A stretch of DNA of 64,000 nt, taken from assembly GCF_009914755.1 (NCBI RefSeq), contig NC_060932.1. The stretch is one strand, 5' to 3'. This document shows positions 24,761-39,167 of the stretch, in pieces. Each line of letters starts with the position of its first letter. Position 1 is the first letter of the stretch. The notes beneath the pieces were generated by a model. It was given only the letters and a program-made list of their open reading frames with translations. It was not told the DNA's origin and did not search any database. A program made the position numbers and the translations under genes. The stretch is from the human T2T-CHM13v2.0 reference genome, Homo sapiens.

Positions 24761-26199
24761 TTCTCTATCAAGAGGCCCTTATAAAGCTACCATCTATTTT
24801 ATTAAAATGTCATGTCTGTGTAAGAAGCTTAACACACAAGGCTGTCTGTATCTTAGATAACAGAATCTCATTTTGCTCATTTCTTCTATAAACGTTTCCT
24901 GGGTTTTTCCTACGTACTTGGTAATGTGCTGAGTGCTAAAACCAGAGATAAAATACAGTAGAATCAGGAGAGACAGCCAATTCAAAGACAAATGTAATTT
25001 CAAATTGCCAATGTTTCACTGCTTTTGAGTTACAAAAATGCCAACTTTATATGATTTATACTAAAATATGTTATCCAATAAAGAGAATGGCACATTTTGT
25101 TCCAATTATTCCAACTCAATATTTTAGAAAAGTAAACAGATTTCTGTGTGATTTCCCAGCATTTTGATTATACTGGCTATGTATATAAATGTTTCTTTTG
25201 GTTTATAGGAAGCCTGTCTTCTCCAGGGAACACAGCACTCAGAATCGTCTCGGCCCCTGCATAAGCCTGCATGAGCCTGGGCTCTGGGGACCCATCCTGG
25301 TGCATCATTCGTTGGCTCTGTGACAATGGGCACATCGTTTAACCTCTCTTGGCTTCATTCTCCTTACTGGAATGATGGAGAGAGTTTTGCCTATTTCAGA
25401 GGCTTGCTCTTCTATACGTGAGCCTATAAGTAACTTGTCTTAAGAATTTCCACTCCTTCTGTACTCTGATTTAAATTTGAAGGCATCAAAACAAAAACAA
25501 TCAAGATTTCAGATTCCAAATACTTTCATTTTCATTTTTTATTTTGATTAGAATTTCTTCTGAATGAATTTCTGTTTTGTAATTTTAGCATTGCCCTGAG
25601 GGGGGGAAAAGGCAGTTTATCACCATGCAGTATATTTTTCAGACAGCCTCTCTTTGACAAACTGATTTTTGTCAGTCTCAACTGACTCACCAATTCCAAA
25701 TCCCAGGGCTTCCCTGGGAAACTTCCTTGGATCATGGCTCTGCCACACAGGACCGACATCCCAGAGGCCAAAGCAACCTGCTATAAACTGAGATCATTGC
25801 TCAGCAAGCTGGTACCACATGCAAGGAGTCTCAAGAGCTAACAGGAAATGATTCAAGACCAGAATTACCCAGAACAAGTGTGTTAGCTTCCTCTGCGCAT
25901 GGGATAATAAGGAGCTTGCATCACCAACCTTCCGTGAATAGCCTACTCAGTGATTCAACAGGTTTCAAAATTGTGAAATAAGGGATGTCTCTTGCATGGT
26001 GTACTTTGGAAGTCTCTACCTGAGGATGAAGGAAGTACCCAGGAGTAGGCATCATTCCACTTTTGTACCATCTTCCACTATGTTTATATGGGTCCTCACT
26101 GAGAAAAAGGTATTAAAAGTGAGAAGGAAAGAATAGGTCAGCTAGGTGAAAAATGGGAGGAAGAGACAGAAGGATCTGGGTTACAAAAGGCTGAGACCA

Positions 26200-26506
26200 G
26201 GCCGGGCACGGTGGTTCACTCCTGTAATCCCAGCACTTTGGGAGGCCGAAGCAGGTGGATCACGAGGCCAGGAGATCGAGACCATCCTGGCTAACACGGT
26301 GAAACCCTATCTCTACTAAAAATACAAAAAATTAAAATTAACCGGGCGTAGTGGCAGGCACCTGTAGTCCCAGCTACTCAGGAGGCTGAGGCAAGAGAAT
26401 CGCTTGAACCTGGGAGGCAGAGGTTGCAGTGAGCTGAGACTGCACCACTGCACTGCACTCTAACCTGGGCAACAGAGTGAGACTCTGTCTCAAAAAAAAA
26501 AAAAAA
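26200..26506 (+). mobile_element. AluSc-like
   Basis: 'gatcacgaggccaggagatcgagaccatcctggctaacacgg'. TSD aaaa(g/t)gctgagacca. Confidence 0.95.
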
Positions 26507-26743
26507 TGCTGAGACCAAAGTAGCCTGGTGGCTTTGGGAATGGAAGTCAAACCTGGTGCGTGGGGTGGAGTTCCTGTAGTTTTTATTATACTCTCAGAGT
26601 AAGGCAAGGTCAGTGAAGCATTTTGAAGGGAAAGATGGCAAAGTGGGTCCATATTTTTAAAAGCTCATTTGAATTGCCATGTGGCAATTCAAATAGGATA
26701 GGATAAAGAATAAAAGCAGAAATGGAGAGAATAAGAGAAATGT

Positions 26744-27024
26744 GGCCGGGTGCAGTGTCTCACACTTGTAATCCCAGCACTTTGGGAAGCCCAGAGAGCA
26801 GCATCTCTTGAGTCCAAGAGTACAAGACCAGCCTGAGCAACATTTCAAGACCCTGTCTATACAAAAATTACAAAAATTATCCTGTGGTTGTGCACCTGTA
26901 GTCCCAGCTACCCAGAAGGATGACGTGGGAGGATCACTTGGGCCTGGGAGATCGAGGCTGCAGTGAACCAAGATCATGCCACTGTACTCCAGCCTGGGTG
27001 AGAGTGAGACCCTGTCTCAAAAAA
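26744..27024 (+). mobile_element. AluJ
   Basis: Diverged J-type dimer with TSD agagaaatgt on both sides. Confidence 0.9.
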
Positions 27025-27067
27025 GAGAGAGAAATGTGGTCTCAACAAGCATTAAGGGGATGGTGGG

Positions 27068-27141
27068 AAAGGATGAAATTAATGGAAGGAGTAGAGGGAA
27101 GTGCAAAGGATGAAATTAATGGAAGGAGTAGAGGGCAGTGC
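27068..27141. repeat. 37-bp tandem duplication (1 mismatch)
   Basis: aaaggatgaaattaatggaaggagtagaggg(a/c)agtgc at 27068-27104 and 27105-27141. Confidence 0.95.
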
Positions 27142-28389
27142 AAATGGGCAAAGAATCTGTCTGAGGGTGAGGCTGTGCACAAAGTCCTTGGGATATAGCA
27201 AAACAGGTCAGTGAGGCATGAAATCAGAGAGGCAGGCTTTATACAGACTTGTGGTAGTTGCAGGACGAGGGTTGGGGGGAAGTGGTTTGCAGACTGCTGT
27301 GAACTACAGACATTTTTTAAGGATATCAAGAAGAGCCCCCTCATTTTCTTCCTTACCCCCGCTGCCCCACTCCTGATTCATGGGCAGGTGAACCTAGCCC
27401 ATGAAGCAATGCTGACCCAACCATCAAAACATGACACCAGCTTGCTGCCCAATCCTCTGTGGACCAAACTGCAGTCAGTCACCATGTACAATACAATCAA
27501 GCAGTAACACTCTGAGGTTCTCGAACGCCCCTTTACAGAGGGAACTTGGCAGGGAGTAGCCATGTGTGAACAACAGGGACTCCCCATTGTTCTGCACTGA
27601 TGATTGAATAGACTTCCTTGGTGGCCCATGGAGACAGCTGTTTTTACTGAGGAACATTTTGCCCTTTGAATGTGATTAGTAAGACAGAGATGACTCTATT
27701 CTTTAAAGGTCTCCAATGACCAAATTTGGCCTCTGAGAACTGGACCGAAACATTTTGTGTGAGTCACGTCTGTTTGCCTCATTTTCTGTCACTAGTTGTT
27801 ATGGAAACTACATAGCACAGCCTGAGGGTTCAGAATTCCTGAAGTTGGCCTCAAACTTATGCATAGTTTGTACAGCAAACAAGTTTGCTTACTTTGTTAA
27901 TCTTTAGCTACTTCCCATCCTGCTCAGATTGGAAGCGGAAGAGGTCAATACTGCCTAGCGTCCACTCTGGTCTTTTCACATGAATCAAAATAATAGACTT
28001 GACCTTGTGTCCTGCCCTGAGGATGGTACAGATATTTAAAAGAATTCCAAATCACTTCCTGGGTTATCTGATTGTAGGATCAAAGTGGCCCCCTTGCTAA
28101 CATAAAAATGATACACATGTGAAAAGAATTTAAGACTTCTTCATGCTGTCTTTTTTGGGTTCATCCCAATCTTTTGGCAAAATCTCCAGCCAGATCTTAA
28201 TGGCCACTGGGTTTACTCTGGGAAATATGCACTTTAGAGAGATGTTTGACATATTTTTGTTACTTGAACTTCTTTGAGATATCTATAGATCTTTGAAACT
28301 CAGACACAAGAAAGTTTTATGTCCATGGTGCCTCCCGATTATTCAAAGAAAGGTGATGAGTTTTATGGCTTCTTCAGAAAGGAATCTAA

Positions 28390-28600
28390 ATCAGACAGAC
28401 CTGGAGTCATAGTCTGGTTCTACCATTTAATAATTGCTTGACTGAGTAAGTAAATTACCTTTGTGAGCCTCTGTTATCCATCTACAAGACAATGCTATTA
28501 ACAACTATCCCATGGGTTGTTATGAAGACTAAGCAAATTTAACATGCAAATTGCCTAGAACAGGTTTTTATACATAGTAGGCACTTAGCAAATGTTAATT
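28390..28600 (+). mobile_element. MIR SINE
   Basis: 'aatcagacagacctggagtcatagtctggttctaccattta...gagcctctgttatccatctacaag...catagtaggcacttagcaaatgtta'. Confidence 0.7.
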
Positions 28601-28885
28601 TCCTTTCCTTTTCCATTGCACTACCTGCTTTGTGGCCATGTTGTTGACCAATAGCACTTCCAGTTGCAGATGAGCAGGAATAGACAAAGAATGTGGAATT
28701 TTTATAAAGTTCCAATTAAGAGAGCCTGAAAGCCATCCAGGTGTTCCTTCTAAACTTAGATGTGTGATTTAACATGAGGAAGCCATGTAACTTTTGTGCT
28801 GTGACCATAAACTGAGAAGGCTGGAGCATGTAATCCTGAAGCCAGGCATTTTAACTGATGTAACGGAAGCAATGTGTATTTTTAC

Positions 28886-30024
28886 TATTAACTAAAAAGT
28901 GACTGGGGCAGGTCTCAATCCATAGAGAGGTATTTTGCCAAGGTTAAAGACATGCCTGGGGAAATTTTAAGTCCCAAGAGTATCTGTGACTTGTGTTTTT
29001 TTCCAAAAGGTGGTAAACCAAAAATAAAATTCTAAGCTCCACAGCCATCAGAATGAACCCCTCCTCTCAGCCAAGGGCATTCCAAAGTTAACCTGAAAAA
29101 CTGGTTCAGGCCGTGATGTTCCTATCATGGGAGTCAGACATGCCTCATTATACCTTCCTCCCTTTTGGAATTCAGGCACAGCTGACTAGCATTAACATCA
29201 ACACAGAGACCTTAGAACTGGTAAAACAGACTCTTTACGTCTGATAAGAAACATTTACAATCTGTTCTTTCTGAAGCCTCCTACCCGGAGGCTTCATCTG
29301 CATGGTAAAACCTTGCTCTCCACAACCCATTATCATAGCCCAGACATTTCTTTCTATTGATTCCAGATCTTTAGATAATAATACAACCAATCAGAAAATG
29401 TTTGAATCCACCTATGACTTGGAAGCCCCCACTTTCGGTTGTCTTGGCTTTCTGGACCAAACCAATGTACATCTTACATGTATTGATTGATGCCTTATGA
29501 CTCCCTAAAATGTATAAAACCAAGCTGTAGCTGGCCACCTGGGGTACAGGTTGTCAGGATCTCCTGGGAATGTGTCAGAGGCCATTGGTAACTCATATTT
29601 AGCTCAGAATAAATCTCTTCAAATATTTTACAGTTTGACTCTTTTTGTCGACAGGGAGCTTTTGGAACGTCAGTAATAAAGGAAAAAAGCAAGCAGGAAG
29701 GGAAAAAAGAGAGGGAGGATAGGCAGTGAGGCAGATGGTGACATTCTTGTGAGGCTCTGATTAGCTTCAGTAAATCTACATTTTACATAAGAAGAAGAGG
29801 GAGTAGAGGAAAAAGTCAATGACGCATTGTCCTGTGCTCAGTCAACTACATTTGACATAGCTAAAGTAACCGCATGAAAAGAGGGAGCAGAGGAAATGGG
29901 GCTATGGCACAGGGTTGTGAAATTACAGCTATTTGGGAACAAAAGGAAAACAGTGTCCGTTCCCAAGCTTAACTTTCTCTTGTCATAGTGTGTTTGGGGC
30001 CCCAAGATTCTATTTTCTTTCACA
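28886..30024 (-). mobile_element. MER4-group ERV1 LTR (host, antisense), split by a second LTR
   Basis: The minus strand begins tgtgaaagaaaatagaatcttggggccccaaa (MER4A/C/D-like start) and ends ...gattgagacctgccccagtcactttttagttaata. Flanks ttac/ctac fit a 4-bp TSD with one mismatch. Confidence 0.75.
29012..29653 (+). mobile_element. MER4-group ERV1 LTR (nested, sense)
   Basis: Starts 'gtaaaccaaaaataaaattctaag...gccaagggcattccaaagttaacctgaaaaact', has TATA-like 'tgtataaaac' and poly(A) signal 'cagaataaatctc', and ends 'tttgactctttttgtcgaca'. Confidence 0.85.
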
Positions 30025-31310
30025 CTACTAACCCCAATGAATATATGCTTTATCTTTTAGAAACTGCACAAAAGAAAGAAAAATGCAAGTTGGAGAAGAG
30101 ACCAACATGGAGCTTGTGCTTGCTCTCATTAAGAACTCAATCTCTTGAAAAATCACATTCTAATATTTCTATGGGTGAGCACGGATTTCACATCAGCTCC
30201 CCATAGCCTTCTTGGGTCCATCAGTTCATCACTTCTAGAAGTTGGCCACCTGTGAAGCCACTTAGGGGAGGTCACTCATCACTGCTGGTGACAGTGGTGC
30301 TCTGTGTGTGAATACTCATGTTCATACCCATGGCAGGGGATTTTCTCTCCAGGTTAAACAGTGTTGCTGTGTTTCCCTCTCTCTTCCAGTCTCACACGTT
30401 CAGGAAAATTAATCCCCAAAGTCCTCATTCATTATTTAGCAAATATGTTCAAATAGGAGAGAATATCAGCTTAAGTTTAAGCTAAGGCCCTCTGCTAAGG
30501 AAATACAAAATATATATGTGAAAAGGAAATTCTAGTTGAAGAACAGTATGAAAACTCCCAAAATGGGCTGGAGAATTTGTGATTACAGTCTTGAGAGATC
30601 ATTTAAAAATAGAATCAGATTAGCAAATGCGTTCAGTGCTAGGTAGGGGAGTTAGTCATAAATCTAACAGGCTCTATGTAGAGCCACTGAAGACAGACAT
30701 AGTTAAAACTCAAGTTGATTTCTGTATATTATTTTTAATGACTTAGAATTCAATCCAAAATTTGCTTAGTGTTATTGTGTACCTTTATGCAAATAATGTA
30801 CACTTTCTAAGCATCAGTTATTCTTCTGTGAAATTGGGATAATTTTACTTTTGTCAAGGGCTGCCCTGAGGAGTGAATCAGATGCTATACGTAAGCTCAG
30901 TGGGTACAAGGCCTAATAGTAGTGGCTTAATGCGTGTACTCTTCTTCTTTTTCCTTAATAGAAGAATAAGGTGAAATTAAAAACAAGGTTGATAATTACA
31001 TGTATATTTTAATGATTCATCAATCAATAAATGATAACATTAACAATAATTTTACTGTCAGTACTTAGAAGTTAAAAGGAGAATGGTAAAATCAGTCTGT
31101 TGATCCTAAAAGTTTTATTTTTTCTTTCATCCTTTCATAAATTATATCTGAATCTAGATTACTGAAATGCAACAAATAAAAATATTTACAAAGCTATCTT
31201 CTCTTTTAGTGAATATAATGTTATTAGAAAATAACGGTTACTTCATTATTCAACATTCAATGTGTCTTCTGACTTTCTTACTCCAATTTATATAAAAAAT
31301 TTTTAGAATT

Positions 31311-31790
31311 TTTAAATAACAATGTTATTGACATAAAATTCACATACCCTGCAATTTGCTGATTTAAAATGTAAATGAAATTATTTTTAGTATATGCACA
31401 GAGTGATACAGCCACCATCGCAATAAATTCAAGAACATTTTATCGCCTATCAAAAAACCCTCATCTCCCTATAGTCACTCAGCTTCCCTGCCTCACTTCC
31501 ACAACTCTAGGCAACCACTAATCTAATTCCTGTTTCTATAGGTTTCTCTATTCTGGACTTTCACATATAAGGAATCATATAATATGTGGTCTTTTGTCTC
31601 TGGCTTCTTTTACTTAGCATCATGTTTTCAAGGTTCATCCATGCTGAAGCATGGGTCAGGACTTCATTCTTTGTATTGCCAAATAATATTCCATTGTATG
31701 GATGTACCACATTCTATTTACCCATTCAGGATTTAATGTACATTTGAGTTGGTTTCCAAATTTTGGCTATTGTGAATAATGCTGCTATAG
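31311..31790 (-). mobile_element. L1M (L1MB-like) 3' end, antisense
   Basis: 'ctctaggcaaccactaatctaattcctgtttctataggtttctctattctggactttcacatataaggaatcatataatatgtggtcttttgtctctggcttcttttacttagcat'. Confidence 0.85.
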
Positions 31791-33410
31791 AATTACAGAA
31801 TTTTAGAAGGTGCCATATGGCTTATGTGGCCCGTTCCTCTCCATTTACAGATATGCTAATGAAGCATCACAAAAGTGGGGTGAATAGCCTATGTCTCAGT
31901 GCTTCTCAGTAGCAAAACATTAACTAGAACCCAGTTCTTGTAATTATTTTATAACTGCCATTCCCATCTCTACCAATAGTTTGCAAGGTTTTAGAGGGAC
32001 GGCCTTGCACTAACGGTTAAAATGGATTAAGTAGCAGATATGAGCCAGTCTCTGTATCCCCAGCAATATACAGTGTAGTGGAATATACAACACGACTTGG
32101 TGATTGGGTCTGATTCTATTAATCTCTGAAAGACTTATCCTAGTGCAGAGCACGTAGTGAGCATATAATAGGAAATTGTGTAACTAGTATGTTGGAAGAG
32201 CTGAAGTCATGGGGTATAAGCATGCAAGCAACTTAATGTTTGATTTTTATTTTCCCTTTAAGCCATTCATTGTGGTAGTTTTTTTGAAATAATCCTAGAT
32301 AAAAATTTGGATAGGCCCCAATAAATTAAAAGCCCTAGAATCACATTATGTCACAAAACAGCTTTAATTCAGTACTTAGAATAGTAAACCTATGTAAGAA
32401 TGAAAGGTTTCATCTTCACTGAAGTAGAGTCTTCTCTCGTGCCTAAGGCTCACAGCCAGCCAGCAACATGCAAGGGCTGGGGAGATAAGGTACAAGAGGA
32501 GCTGGTGAGGCCTAATAAAATGGATGCTGTGACAAGATGGGCCTGTGTTCTCTAGACCTGGCCAGTTGTTACAACCTGTTTCTTTCATGGCTGCTTTTAT
32601 GGGTTCTTTAGAGTTTATCTCCCCCGTCACTGGGTGGCTACAATTCTCTTGACACGAATGATTTACACCTTTCTGGTTTGTCACTTTATCCCTCCTTAGC
32701 TTCTAGGAATACAGCAACCCTTCAGCCAGATCACCCCTCCTGGTGGCCCTACTGGAAAGTTCTAGATATTCCTTTGTATGAATGGTCCACATCTGGTTCC
32801 CTGGAAATTCTCATGCACCCTTTGCCCTCCAAGGGCCAAATCCAGTGTAGCCTTGCTTCTACTCATCTTTCAGCAGCAGGGAAATATCCTTATTCCACCC
32901 TTCCTCTTTGTTAAACCAGTCAAGTCTGTCCCTCTTCCCACCCTGCTAAATACTTCAGACCACACATATTCTGTCCTCTGATCAGTTTCCTTCAAGTTCC
33001 TCTCTTGACTTGAGATGGTGAGAAATATGTCCTCCCACTTGGAGTGTTGATGTGTTTAGGGGAGGGGACAGAACTCACATCACAGCTCTCTCTCCAAGTA
33101 AATATTCCTGAACATTCTTTCTGAAGCTTTTGTACTTAAGATATAGAAGAGGAGTTCAGCAGTCAGGGAACTGCTTTTTATTAAAAACAAACAAACAAAA
33201 CCTAAAACATTTGACACTTTGCATTTTGGTCTGTAGCCTTACTTTAGAATATCATATCTATTATATCTTGGTCTCTCAAATGTAATTTACAATTTAATGT
33301 CTGGTTATACTTTGAAATTGTCTAGAAGGCAGGGTATTACAATAAAAGGAACATTGACTTAGAGTGATACTAGCTATCATGTGTGGAACTCTATACCAGA
33401 CACCATGCTA

Positions 33411-33717
<307 letters not shown>

Positions 33718-34830
33718 CAAATAATTTATTAACATTATCTCATTAATCTCTTTCAACAACTCAATGATAGAGCTATTTTGATCTTCATTCAATAAAGCAG
33801 GGACTTAAACCTTCAAAAGGTATCATCTAGAATGGTGTACTAAAGGTGTAGTTTATTTGGGTGCTTTCAACAGGAAGAAACAGAGCAATCGCACACCCTT
33901 AAATGGCTTCAACAACAGAAAGCAGCACTATTTTACATAGTAGTTAACCCAGAGATAGGGGCCATGCCAGTGCTAGTTAATCTGACGGCTCAAGGATGTG
34001 TCAAGCACCTGGGTTCTTTCAATCTTTTGGTTATGCATCCTTGGTATTTAAGCCTGTCCTAGGCTAGTTCCTTTTGCTATCACATGATGGTTGCCACATT
34101 TCTAGAAATCAGATCTAGATGAGACAATGCTTAGAATAATTGTTTCTCCCTTTTAGTAAAACTCTTCCTAAATCTCACCATGAGTGCCTGAATAAAATGG
34201 AATTCTGCAACAAGGAAGAAAAAGGAGGATATACTCTAGGTGTAGAGTTGACAACTGGTTACAGGGGTTTAAGTAACTGGACTTAAGTGGTTAAAGGAGT
34301 CTTACCTTCTCAGTTCCTTAGTTCCTTCACCTGTAAAATCAGAGTTTTGTGTCCTGGTGATTGTCTATTTGCTTTTTTATTACAGCAAAGCTGATGGTAC
34401 TTTATGGTATCCTTTAAAAGAAGTAAATATTTAAGAGTATGACTTTTAGGTCATTAACAAGACTGGATCATTGTCTTGAAAGTAAAAACACCCACATTTC
34501 AATTATTGTTAGTTTTTTGTTCTTTCAGTGATAAATCACCATATAATGTTATGGAAGAGTTACTCAGGAGCTTCGAATACTTATCTCTAGAGGCAGCAGA
34601 TGTTTGTTTGTTGTAGATGAAATAAATCTCCAAAGTAGACAGATTTATCTGTCAATCAATATGGGCATATAGAGAGTGAGGAGACAGTGGACCTAGGCAG
34701 GCTCACACTGGCTGACCATCACCCAGGTCAGTTGCCACACTCGTTCTGCAACTTTGAAAGGAACACACAAAGCACAGCCTCATGCACAGCCAGTGAACAA
34801 CTGGGCTCAGATTATCTGCGGACGCTATAG

Positions 34831-35124
<294 letters not shown>

Positions 35125-35127
35125 TAG

Positions 35128-35465
<338 letters not shown>

Positions 35466-36679
35466 TCAAATAGTATTTTCTAATAGTATTTTGCACCTTT
35501 AAAATATTTGTTCAAACTCTATTTTAGGCTAACCTTTGAGTACATAGAGATGTTTGCTCTATTGCAGATCTTGCTCTAAAGTTGATCTTTCTTCCAAGCT
35601 CCTGACTTTTATATGAAGCTGAAGATTCCCTAATTATACTTCCATAGCTCAGGAAAATAACTTTCAGACTTATCCAAAATCAAGCTCTTAATCCTAACTG
35701 GAAGTTTTCAATACCTGCTTAACACTCAGTTCTCAATTGTATTTTCTCAGAGAAGTTTCCCTCACTGTCCTGGTCTAAATGAACTCACTCTGTTGCATCC
35801 TCCCTCTCTCTCATGATGTTTATCACACCATGCAATTATATATTCATTTGTGTGCCTCCTTGCTCAGTGTTTCACACTTCACCAATCTGTGCATATCAGG
35901 AGGGTAGTGACCATGTCTCTTTTGTTCACAATTACATTACTTGGCACAGTATACAGTAGGTGTTCAATAAGTATTGTGGAATTCATGAAGGATACTGCAC
36001 CATGTTTCAGAAGTTTGAAGATGCTAGTTTTATTATATCTGAAGAAACCCACCACCTTATGCAAAAAGAAATTACTGGGATGCTTTAATATCTAAAACAT
36101 CTCTGCTGAAAGAGTCTTGTTTGTTGAATGGATTTAGAAAGAGATAAAACATTTGATAGTGAAGAAATGTTATAGTATACTGTCTTTAATTCCTGGATTA
36201 AAATTTGATATGTTAAGAGAAGTCCAGGGTAATAATAGACAAAAATTACTAGATAACTCAAACAAAATGTACTTGATATTCACTTATCATGAAATACAGG
36301 TTTGTGGACTAGATTTCTTGCTCATTAGGAATATTAAAGATCTTCAACTTCCCTTTTTTTGACAAATTAGCAAGTTTATGTCCAAATAGGTTACTTGGTT
36401 TGCTCTCTACCAATGTCACATTGTATAGGGGACACTAATCACTGGTCTTCTAATTCCTAGTCTGGTATTTATTTCATTTTGTAATTATTTTTTAAAAGTT
36501 ATGAGGACCATAAACATATTATTTTGTGACATAATCTTAGCAAAAGGGCAAAGAAAGAAACTTTCAGGATCTTATTGTTAAGTAGTTGGAATTTTTAAGT
36601 AACTTATTTTACTAAAATTTCTCTAATTCATAGTAACACTTATTTCTTTATTTCTTCAGAAAAAAACGTTGTTGTGAAC

Positions 36680-37225
36680 GTTGGTCATCCATAAAATAGA
36701 ATATTATTTAGTGATAAAAGAAATGAACTATCAAGCCATAAAAAAAAGTTCAAGAAACTGAAGTGTATATTGCAAAGTAAGCGAACCCAATTGAAAAGGC
36801 TATATACTATATGATTCCAACTTTATGACATTCTGGAAAAGGCTAAACTATGGAGACAGTGAACAGATTAAAAAAAACAATGGTTACCAGGGTATGTAGG
36901 GGAGGGAGGGATGAATAGGTAAAACACAGAAGATATTTAGTATAGAGAAGCTATTCTATATAATGGTGGATACGTCATTATACATTTGTCAAAACCTGTA
37001 AAATTTACAACACTAAGAGTGTGAACCCTAAGGTAAACTATAGACTTTGGGTGATAATGATGTATCAATTTGGTTAATCAATCATAACAAGTGTACCACT
37101 CTGGTGGGGGATATTGATATTGGTGGAGGTTGTGCCTGTGGGGTCAGGAGGCATACAGGGACTCCATACTTCCCACTCAATTTTGCTTTGACCCTAAAAC
37201 TGCTCTAAAAATAAAATCTATTTAT
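36680..37225 (+). mobile_element. L1MC-like 3' UTR fragment
   Basis: 'aaaggctatatactatatgattccaactttatgacattctggaaaaggctaaactatggagacag' and 'gtaaactatagactttgggtgataatgatg...ccctaaaactgctctaaaaataaaatctatt'. Confidence 0.85.
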
Positions 37226-37432
37226 TAAATGTGAATAAATAAATAGGTAGGTAAGTAGGTAGATAGATGATAGATAAATGTTGCTCATTCCTTTTATTTT
37301 CATTAGTGATGGTTCCCACTGTGCAAACAATTTGTGGAGTGCCCTGCTTTAGATAGCAATAGGCAGTGTGGCACGGCAAGGCATCAAGTCAAACCAGGGT
37401 CAGCACTTGGGTTCTGCAGGCTGCACATTGCC

Positions 37433-37771
37433 TGCCATGGTGAACGTGTCCCTCCAAAATTCCTATTTGAAATCCTAACTTTCAAGGTGATGGCATTAGG
37501 AGAGGAGATTAGGTCATGGGGGCTTTGTTTTCATGAATGAAATTAGTGAAAAGAGGCCTGAGGGAGCACCCTTGCCCTTTCCACCATGTGAGGACACAGC
37601 AAGAAGACGGCTGTCTGTGAACCAGGAAGCAAGTCCTCAGCAGACACTGAGTTTGCTGGCACCTTGTCTTTGGACTTCCCAACCTCCAGAAATATGAGAA
37701 ACAAACTTCTCTTATGTATAAACTACTTCACTTATGGTACTTTGTTATGGCAATCCAAATGGATGAAGACT
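37433..37771 (+). mobile_element. MLT1A0/MSTD-type MaLR solo LTR
   Basis: 'ccaccatgtgaggacacagcaagaagacggctgtctgtgaaccaggaagc...ttggacttcccaacctccagaa'. 5-bp TSD ttgcc/ctgcc. Confidence 0.85.
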
Positions 37772-38848
37772 CTGCCCAGGCTTATGGGCACCATCCACAT
37801 AGACTAGGATCTGATTCTCCTTTGAGTTGTAACATAGCAGCCCTCATTCGAGTCCATCCTCCCTTAGAAAATTGACTGTGACTTTGGTCAATAAATTTAA
37901 GCTTTTTGTATATTTGGCATTTCATTTCCTATAAAATTGAGATCATAACATATACTTCATAAAGTATACAAAAATAATATCCCAGAGGAATAATTTCTGC
38001 TGGGGGCAGAGACTTATTAAGTGTGGCCTGCTCTAAAGGTTGTTAGAAATGTTATTTATCCATTACGGCAAATCCTTCAGGTTTCCTCCTTAGGCTGGAC
38101 TTTGGAATCTTCTTGGAAGATGAGGTTCTTCTTCAATTCTTCAATTAAAAAAAAGGCTAAGTTTGATGAACTACAACATCAGGAATAAAAACAGGAAACA
38201 ATATTCCAAGTGTGATTCCATCTACCAACGTAGAAGTATGGACTACAGGCCAGAATTCAAGATCTCTAAGCCATGCTCCAATTATCCATATTTGTTACTT
38301 TTGATATTTTCTGTTGCTTTTCCTTTTAGGGTGTAGCAGTTAAAACTTTCACTCTAAAAGTGCTCAGTGCCTGCCTTAGGAGATACTGAGCACATCACAG
38401 CCCATCTTGGAAAAACAGACCTGTAAGGATTTGAATAGATGGCAGTAGCCTAAAAAGAAGGGAAGGGAAGCAGGCTAATGACCAGGAGGTGATTTCTGTA
38501 GCGTGGGAGGAAAAAAAAGTTATTGTTAGCCATCCTGGTTCCAAGGGGAAAAGGGGCCGCTGCTGCCTAAGTAAATTGCCTGACAGTGAGGCTCAAGAAA
38601 GAATTTCCTTTCCTAGGGAGACAGTATTATTGGATCTCTTAGGAATTGCTTTCTTTCTTCCTGATTGAATTATTCTTAAATACAAGGTGTATCTCCTTGT
38701 TTGAGTAATAATGCAAATGCTGTTTTATATAAACTGTCTTCCCTTGACTCATCAGAAAATAAAACAGAATCATGGTATCTATAATCCAGTGGCAAATATT
38801 TTAGAAAAAAACTAATCTAAATGGAAGGTAGCCTCACTGACTATTTAG

Positions 38849-39167
<319 letters not shown>

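Noticed and set aside
33850-34140. Possible very old MLT1-type LTR fragment
   Set aside because: Similarity is too degenerate to set boundaries or family by eye.
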